Origin: Candidatus Atelocyanobacterium thalassae
GTDB taxonomy: Bacteria > Cyanobacteriota > Cyanobacteriia > Cyanobacteriales > Microcystaceae
Reading direction: 5' to 3'
Length of the DNA: 64,000 bases
Assembly (NCBI GenBank): GCA_051971635.1
Contig: JBFPLN010000005.1
Span: forward strand, 64,001-128,000
Within the stretch, counting starts at the first letter, position 1. Every line of letters begins with the position of its first letter. Under the pieces are notes generated by a model. That model was given only the letters and a program-made list of their open reading frames with translations, did no database searches and was not told the origin of the DNA. Both the position numbers and the translations under genes were made by a program. Below, piece by piece: positions 56,740-64,000 of the stretch.

Positions 56740-57801
56740 TTATGCCAAAGCTGCCATCGATGTCTTACCAGCAATTTGTTGAGCAATAAGTCTTAAAGCT
56801 TTAGCTGAAGCTGACTGCGGGTGGGATATCGAAATAGGTACTCCCTTATCTCCCCCTTCTCTTAGAGACATTTCTAGAGGGATAAGGCCTAATAAAGGAA
56901 TCTTTAACTCTTGTGATGCTTTTACTCCTCCACCGGATCCAAATATATCATAGGAATGGTTGGGCAAATCTGGAGGAATAAAGTAACTCATATTTTCGAC
57001 AATACCTAAAATATTAATTTTTAGCTGTTCAAACATTTTAATTCCCCTATATGCATCTACTAAAGAAACATTTTGTGGGGTGGTCACAATGACGGCTCCT
57101 GCCATAGGAACTGACTGTGCTAAAGTCAATTGCACGTCTCCTGTTCCAGGAGGCATGTCAACTATTAAATAGTCAAGTGAGCCCCAGTCAACTTGATATA
57201 AAAATTGGCGAACAATTCCATTTAACATGGGACCTCGCCAAACTACTGGTTGACCAGGATTGATTAAAAACCCCATTGATACCATCTTAATTCCATGGCT
57301 GAAGATAGGTTCTAGAACATCTCCCTCTGGTCTTTTTTGAACTGTAACTTGATAATCCTCTACTCCAAGCATTGTAGGTGTATTAGGTCCATAGATATCA
57401 GCATCAAGCAGCCCAACTTTTGCTCCCATCTGTGCTAAGGAAATAGCAGTATTAACTGCTACAGTACTTTTTCCTACGCCCCCTTTTCCACTAGAAACGG
57501 CAATTATATTTTTCACTCCTGATATAGACTTCTGAGTAGACAAAGCTTTTTGCATAGGAGTTTCTGACGTCACTTCTATTTCGACATCTTGAACTTCTGG
57601 TAATTTTTCTAGTGCTTGTTTACAGTCTTGAATAATTAGTTCTTTTAGAGGACACGCTGGGGTAGTTAATACTAAAGTAAATTTAACTTTATTATCTTTT
57701 ATTGAAACATTACGAATCATATTAAGGGCTATTAAACTCTTTTTTAATTCTGGATCTTGAACAGGCTGTAAAGCATCTAAAACTGATTGATTATCAAGCA
57801 T
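56740..57801 (-). CDS. mrp: Mrp/ApbC (HCF101-like) Fe-S carrier ATPase
   Basis: VQDPEL..LTTPACP, SGKGGVGKST, WRGPM, DMPPGTGD, ENMS. Confidence 0.95.
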   Translation of the reverse strand: MLDNQSVLDALQPVQDPELKKSLIALNMIRNVSIKDNKVKFTLVLTTPACPLKELIIQDCKQALEKLPEVQDVEIEVTSETPMQKALSTQKSISGVKNIIAVSSGKGGVGKSTVAVNTAISLAQMGAKVGLLDADIYGPNTPTMLGVEDYQVTVQKRPEGDVLEPIFSHGIKMVSMGFLINPGQPVVWRGPMLNGIVRQFLYQVDWGSLDYLIVDMPPGTGDVQLTLAQSVPMAGAVIVTTPQNVSLVDAYRGIKMFEQLKINILGIVENMSYFIPPDLPNHSYDIFGSGGGVKASQELKIPLLGLIPLEMSLREGGDKGVPISISHPQSASAKALRLIAQQIAGKTSMAALA

Positions 57802-58318
57802 AATAATTTATTAATTTTTGTAGATTTCAATAAAGGCTTTTTATCGCATTTACTTATTAGATATTAGCTGGTTTTTACTTTATGTGTTATTTTGCGTTTT
57901 ATTGAAATAAAAACCAAATTTAAGAAATGCAAAAGGAATAATAAATATTAATAACAATAGCTGTTATTGATGTTTGTCTACATGGCAACTATGTATGTTG
58001 TCTACACAATGAATATTTACTACATAACTAAATAAGTTTCTACTTTTATTTTTTTGATAACAATATTTACACGATTTATAAGAAATAATAATTATGTTCA
58101 TAAAAAACATATTATTTTAATGACTTTATATTTGAAATAAATAAAATACTTTTATCTTTAATAAGTAACATACTGACTGAATTTTATCTGTCAAGAATAT
58201 TATATTTGCTCATTATTTTATTTTAAACTCAGAACCTAAAAAACTTTTTTGATAACTGACAGAATTTCAATAAGCAAGATATAATTTGTTATGAAGCTAT
58301 TATTAAAAAAACTATCAA

Positions 58319-58624
58319 ATGAATAATTCTGTTCTTGAGGCCTTCTTTTTAGGCCGAGCATTTGCTGAAGTACTCGGTGAAAAAATCGAAGAATCTTTAA
58401 CTAATACACTTAGTGAATTAAGTAAGTTAAGTGTTGAACAAAGAGAAAATTTAGATGATTTTTTTCAAGAAATACAAACACGTGCAAAACAAAATTTAAC
58501 ACAAGATGATTCTAACAATATTACTGTAAATGATTTTTCATCTATAGATCTCCAAGAAACTATTGATGATTTAAGAGCAGAAATTGCTCGTCTTAAGACA
58601 GAACTGAGAAATTATCATAATTGA
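58319..58624 (+). CDS. Conserved cyanobacterial coiled-coil protein upstream of ABC1 kinase
   Basis: AFFLGRAFAE, DLQETIDDLRAEIARL. Confidence 0.8.
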   Translation: MNNSVLEAFFLGRAFAEVLGEKIEESLTNTLSELSKLSVEQRENLDDFFQEIQTRAKQNLTQDDSNNITVNDFSSIDLQETIDDLRAEIARLKTELRNYHN

Positions 58625-58698
58625 AAATGTTAATTTTTTAAATCTTTTCTAGAATTTTCATATATAAAGTTAAGTACAAAATAGTTAAAATAAATCGA

Positions 58699-60429
58699 GT
58701 GCCTGCTCTACCTCAAAAAGTCAGTTCTTTTTCATCTACAAATATTCATTTATCTGTAAAAAGTAAAAAATATCGCTGGAATAGTAATGATTATTCTAGT
58801 ATTCATCGTCGTTTAGATATTTGGTTATTTTTTTTATCTCTTATGTTCAAACTATGGCTTAACAGTAAAAAATTTAGCTATAGAGGAGAACGAACTCAAG
58901 CAAAACTAATTAAACGAAGAAGAGCATTAGCAGTCTGGATACGTGAAAAATTATTAGACTTAGGTCCAACTTTTATTAAAGTTGGACAGCTTTTTTCCAC
59001 TCGTGCAGATCTTTTTCCTCCCGAATGTGTAGAGGAACTATCAAAACTACAAGATGAAGTTCCTGCCTTTAGTTACGATGAAGTGAAAAGAATTATTGAG
59101 AAAGACTTAGGAAAACCTTTGTCTCAAATTTTTTATTCTTTTAATTCTTTCCCTATTGCAGCTGCAAGTCTTGGACAAGTTCATAAAGCTACATTACATT
59201 CTGGAGAGGAAGTTGCTGTTAAAATACAACGTCCTGGTCTTAAAAAATTATTTACTATTGATTTAGCAATTCTGAAGCGAATTACTTACTATTTCCAAAA
59301 TAATCCTAAGTGGAACAGAGGCAAGGATTGGATTAGTATTTATAACGAATGTTATAAAATTCTCTGGTCAGAAACAGATTATCTAAAAGAAGGAAAAAAT
59401 GCAGATACTTTCCGTCGTAATTTTCAAAACAGGAATTGGGTTAAGGTACCGCGAGTCTATTGGCGCTACACTGCTTCTCATATCTTAACATTAGAGTACC
59501 TTCCAGGAATCAAGATCAATAATTATAAAGAGCTAGAAAATTTAGGATTAGATCGTAAAGTATTGGCTAAATTAAATGCAGAGGCTTATTTACATCAAAT
59601 ATTAAATGATGGCTTTTTTCATGCTGATCCTCATCCTGGAAATGTTTCAATTGACAAAAATGGAGCTTTGATATTTTATGATTTTGGAATGATGGGAACT
59701 ATTAATCCTGATGTTAGGAAAAAATTAATGAGTGCCTTTGTTGGTATTACCCAAAAAGACAGTGACAAAATAATATTTTCTTTAGTTGGATTAGATATAT
59801 TAGATTCAAAAAGCGACATTGGTCCAGTTAGGCGTTCCATACAGTTCATGTTAGATAACCTCATGGATAAGCCTATGAAAGAACAGTCTATCGCTGCTAT
59901 TAATGATGATTTATATGAAATTGCTTACAATCAATCTTTAAATTTTCCTGCTACATTTACTTTCGTAATGCGTGCATTTTCTATTTTAGAAGGTGTTGGA
60001 AAAGGTTTGGACCCTGAATTTAATTTTATGGAAGCTGCTAAGCCTTTTGTTTTAGATTTAATAAATTTTCTTACTAAAGATACTAACAATAATTTCCTAA
60101 ATGAATTCTCTAATCAAATAATGGAACTTGGAAGCGTAACTTTAGGGCTACCAAGCTCCATTAACAGTACGCTTAGAAAAATTGATCAGGGTGACATAAA
60201 ATTAAGAGTTCGCTCAGTTGAGTCAAATAGAATTTTACAACGACTCAGCATGATACAAATGGCAACTTTTTGGGGAAGTTTCATTAGCTCACTGTTGATT
60301 TGTACAACTCTTTTATTTATCAATAATTATTTAAATATAGCCTTAGTAGTTATGGTAATCACATTAATTTTACTATGTATTTTAGTTAATCTTTTTTACC
60401 GTATAAATCGTTTAGATAAGCGATTTTAA
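58699..60429 (+). CDS. AarF/ABC1/UbiB atypical kinase
   Basis: LGPTFIKVGQ, AAASLGQVH, VAVKIQRP, FFHADPHPGN, DFGMM. Confidence 0.95.
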   Translation: MPALPQKVSSFSSTNIHLSVKSKKYRWNSNDYSSIHRRLDIWLFFLSLMFKLWLNSKKFSYRGERTQAKLIKRRRALAVWIREKLLDLGPTFIKVGQLFSTRADLFPPECVEELSKLQDEVPAFSYDEVKRIIEKDLGKPLSQIFYSFNSFPIAAASLGQVHKATLHSGEEVAVKIQRPGLKKLFTIDLAILKRITYYFQNNPKWNRGKDWISIYNECYKILWSETDYLKEGKNADTFRRNFQNRNWVKVPRVYWRYTASHILTLEYLPGIKINNYKELENLGLDRKVLAKLNAEAYLHQILNDGFFHADPHPGNVSIDKNGALIFYDFGMMGTINPDVRKKLMSAFVGITQKDSDKIIFSLVGLDILDSKSDIGPVRRSIQFMLDNLMDKPMKEQSIAAINDDLYEIAYNQSLNFPATFTFVMRAFSILEGVGKGLDPEFNFMEAAKPFVLDLINFLTKDTNNNFLNEFSNQIMELGSVTLGLPSSINSTLRKIDQGDIKLRVRSVESNRILQRLSMIQMATFWGSFISSLLICTTLLFINNYLNIALVVMVITLILLCILVNLFYRINRLDKRF

Positions 60430-60660
60430 ATGAAAAATATTAAATTAATATGCGATAGCTTCTTGGTAGCTTATATACTATTTAAGACTATCAACTTTAT
60501 ATAGATTTGAATATAGTAAGTACATTTACTTAGTAAATACTTTTCAGGACTAAATTATATAAAATTCACACCGTAACCTATTACAATAAAATTATTTATT
60601 AAAAATGTATCCTTAGGTTACAATAAGTTGTTTTTCGACTAAAATCACTTGAATCAAACT

Positions 60661-61350
60661 ATGAAAATTAATACTGATGATAAAACTGTTGTTAAAGACT
60701 ATTTCAATGCTATAGGGTTTGACAGATGGCAAAACATTTACGGTAATGGGAAAGTTAATAAAGTTCAAGAAGATATTCGCCTTGGACATCAACGAACTAT
60801 TAATACAGTATTAGATTGGCTAAAGTCCGATAATGATTTATCTGGATTGATGATTTGTGATGCTGGATGCGGTGTAGGGAGTTTAAGTATTCCTCTGGCC
60901 AAAGAAGGAGCGATAGTTAGTGCCAGTGATATCTCAGACAAAATGGTTGTAGAAGCAGAAAAGAGAGCAAAGAATGTATTGGGTAACGTCAACAATATTG
61001 ATTTTTATGTTCAAGATTTAGAAGAATTAAAAGGTAATTTCCATACAATAATTTGTCTTGATGTCTTAATTCACTATCCTACTAATGACGCAGCTAAAAT
61101 GATTAATCATTTAGCTTCATTGACTAATTGCAGAATTATCTTAAGCTTTGCCCCCAAAACTTTTTACTTAACTATTCTCAAGAAAATTGGTGAGCTTTTT
61201 CCTGGTCCTAGTAAGACAACTCGCGCTTATCAACATAGTCAAGATAGCATAATACAAACTTTAAAAGAGAATGGCTTTAAAGTTCATCGTAAAGGAATGA
61301 CAAGTACTAAATTTTATTATTCTCAAATTATTGAAGCAATTAAAGAGTAA
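60661..61350 (+). CDS. chlM: Mg-protoporphyrin IX methyltransferase
   Basis: YFNAIGFDRW, CDAGCGVG, CLDVLIHYP, SFAPKT. Confidence 0.96.
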   Translation: MKINTDDKTVVKDYFNAIGFDRWQNIYGNGKVNKVQEDIRLGHQRTINTVLDWLKSDNDLSGLMICDAGCGVGSLSIPLAKEGAIVSASDISDKMVVEAEKRAKNVLGNVNNIDFYVQDLEELKGNFHTIICLDVLIHYPTNDAAKMINHLASLTNCRIILSFAPKTFYLTILKKIGELFPGPSKTTRAYQHSQDSIIQTLKENGFKVHRKGMTSTKFYYSQIIEAIKE

Positions 61351-62669
61351 ATATCGGATGTAATACGTTGCCTTGTTAAATATTTTGGGAAACATAAACA
61401 TCTAGATACGTAATCTATTTTGAAAAGTCGACTCTAATTTGGAGCACTGAAAAATGATCTCATTCTTTATTAATACAATAAAAATATTAATTATCTATTG
61501 ATATTTTTGTAGTAATGTTTCATTAAGAATAATTGCGTTTTTAATAATTACAAAACATCATAAGTATTGAATCTTTTACCTTTACAGTTAGATTTTTATT
61601 CATAATAACTACATTATACAAAAAATAATATTTTAATAAAACTGTTTTTGCCTATATCTATAGTGATTATTATAAAAACTATTAATAGTTGAAGATTTAT
61701 AACAATCTGATTCTATAATTATTATTTTTTTCAACGTAGATATCTATTCCAGTAGGATTTCTAGTTTTACTAGATTAATAAATAAGATAGCTTTATTAAC
61801 ACTTTCTTACTAAGTAGAGAAACTTCCATTAGTACTGTATACAGTTATTTATTTTTGGTTCAATCATAAAGTAAAAGTTTTAGACTGCATTCGACTTAAT
61901 TCATTTTTTATAAGCTTTTGAGCAAAACAAGTAATCACATCTTGATTATTAATCCTTGTTAAGCCAAGACAATAAGTTCTCTTAGAAATAACAATTAAAG
62001 TCATATCAGTATTAAACTCTTTATGTTATCTAACAAAATCACTATAATCTATAAGGTAAAAATTATCATTAAATATCTATCAATATTCTATTCATTAAAC
62101 AGCCCAAAATATTACTAGATAGTATTTTCTATACCGAGAATTAGCTCAAATTCTCTTTTATTTTCTATGCTGCTAAAATTTTTACTAGTTTACTAACAAG
62201 AGAAACAAAATTGTGTATGCAGGTTGAATAAAAGTTTAATAAAACAGGATTAAAATACAAGTTGTCTATACTTATTTATTAATAAAGTAACAGCTGTTTT
62301 TATTTTTAATTTAATTAAAGAATATAAATAATTATCTTCACTATCTTTTGGTGCAGTTACCAAAACTTGTTTTATACATACTTCATGATTATTTTTTAAG
62401 CAAAATTTAAAGTTGAGGTAAAGAAATGAAAGAGATAATACAAATTATACATTGAAATTATTTTTAAGAAAGAAAGACTATAACGCAAACAATAAAACCA
62501 TCATCATAGGTAATAAAAGGAATGTTCCACGAAAATTAGTAACATTTGGTACTAATTACTATTGTAATCAAAAAAGTATTTCTATTTAAGAAACATAGAA
62601 AATTTTAGGAATAGTTATAATAGATTAAAGACGGTAAATTTATCAGTTATTTGTGATGGTAGTACTTCC

Positions 62670-64000
62670 ATGTATCAATTAAAAGCGCCTTTCAAACCCA
62701 CAGGAGATCAGCCGAGGGCTATTGAAGAGTTAATATTATCTTTGCAAATAGGAAATAAATTTCAGACCTTATTAGGAGCAACTGGAACAGGTAAAACATT
62801 TTCTATTGCCTCAGTAATTGAAAAAATCAAAAAGCCAGTCCTAATCTTAGCTCATAATAAAACTTTGGCAGCTCAACTATGTAATGAATTGAGAAATTTT
62901 TTTCCTAATAATGCTGTAGAGTACTTCATTAGCTACTATGATTACTATCAACCTGAAGCTTATATTCCTCTCAGCGACACTTATATTGAAAAGAGTGCTT
63001 CGATTAATGATGAAATAGATATGTTGAGGCATTCAGCTACTCGTTCATTGTTTGAACGAAAGGATGTAATTATTGTTGCATCTATTAGCTGTATTTATGG
63101 ATTAGGAATGCCTTCCGAGTATCTAAAAGCTTCTATTTCTTTACAAAGAGGGGTAGAGATTAACCAACGTCAACTTCTCAGAGATTTGGTTAATATTCAA
63201 TATTCTAGAAATGATATGGAGTTAAAACGTGGAAATTTTAGAGTCAAAGGAGATATCTTAGAAATTGTTCCTGCTTATGAAGATCGAGTTATTAGAGTTG
63301 ATTTTTTTGGGGATGAAGTCGATAGCATTCGATATCTACATCCTCTTTCAGGAAATATTTTAGAAGATCTTGACAAAATTAACATTTATCCAGCACGTCA
63401 CTTTGTTACACGGAAAGAAAAATTAGATGTTTCCTGTAAAGCCATTTCTGAAGAACTAGAGCAGCAAATTACTTATTTTGAAAAAGCAGGAAAACTTTTA
63501 GAATCACAGCGTATAAGCCAAAGAACGCGATATGACTTAGAGCTATTGCGTGAAGTAGGATATTGTAATGGTGTTGAAAATTATTCTCGCCACTTAGCAG
63601 GAAGAGAACCTGGAGAACCTCCTGAGTGCTTAATTGACTATCTGCCTCAAGATTGGTTATTAATCATAGATGAATCTCATGTGACAATACCACAAATTCG
63701 GGGAATGTATAACGGAGATCAAGCAAGAAAAAAAGTTTTAATAGAGCATGGCTTTCGTCTCCCTAGTGCAGCTGACAATCGCCCTCTTAAATCAGACGAA
63801 TTTTGGAGTAAGATTAAACAGTGTATTTTTGTTTCTGCTACCCCTGGTGAGTGGGAGCTTGAAAAGTCGAAAGGTAAAGTTGTTGAACAGGTAATCCGGC
63901 CAACAGGTATACTTGATCCAGAAATATTTGTAAGGCCCACAAAAAATCAAGTAGATGATCTATTAGGAGAAATTAAAGATAGAGTACAAAAGAAAGAGAG
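62670..64000 (+). CDS. uvrB: Excinuclease ABC subunit B, 3'-partial, missed by ORF track
   Basis: [57 protein letters not shown]; runs off the window. Confidence 0.98.
   Translation, partial: MYQLKAPFKPTGDQPRAIEELILSLQIGNKFQTLLGATGTGKTFSIASVIEKIKKPVLILAHNKTLAAQLCNELRNFFPNNAVEYFISYYDYYQPEAYIPLSDTYIEKSASINDEIDMLRHSATRSLFERKDVIIVASISCIYGLGMPSEYLKASISLQRGVEINQRQLLRDLVNIQYSRNDMELKRGNFRVKGDILEIVPAYEDRVIRVDFFGDEVDSIRYLHPLSGNILEDLDKINIYPARHFVTRKEKLDVSCKAISEELEQQITYFEKAGKLLESQRISQRTRYDLELLREVGYCNGVENYSRHLAGREPGEPPECLIDYLPQDWLLIIDESHVTIPQIRGMYNGDQARKKVLIEHGFRLPSAADNRPLKSDEFWSKIKQCIFVSATPGEWELEKSKGKVVEQVIRPTGILDPEIFVRPTKNQVDDLLGEIKDRVQKKE

Overview
AT-rich cyanobacterial chromosome segment with dense housekeeping genes: metG, acs, tatC, tolC, groES/EL, kaiC, scpB, pxcA, zipN/ftn2, pdhA, cob/cbi genes, cysC, cysE, lepB, lnt, murE/F, chlL/chlN/chlM, rpsU, rpmG, rpsR, rnb, aroQ, thrS, serS, rodA, mrp and uvrB. 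The low GC, eroded ORF-free spacers, retained PSI and chlorophyll genes, and a kaiC without intact kaiA/kaiB suggest a genome-reduced symbiont of the Crocosphaera/Cyanothece group, most plausibly UCYN-A (Ca. Atelocyanobacterium, the nitroplast lineage). That identity is inferred, not proven. I saw no rRNA, tRNA, CRISPR array or mobile element. Reading by hand added several items absent or miscalled in the ORF track: (1) a decayed kaiA pseudogene, and possibly a fainter kaiB ghost, directly upstream of an intact KaiC whose partner-binding loops are drifting; (2) three microproteins: PsaM, a Norf4-like 31-aa peptide and an AtpTheta-like 47-aa protein; (3) a perfect 39-bp inverted repeat between groEL and kaiC; (4) K-box and CIRCE elements at groESL; (5) a partial uvrB at the right edge. 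I found no wholly new multi-gene system. The dismantled clock locus is the strongest signal.
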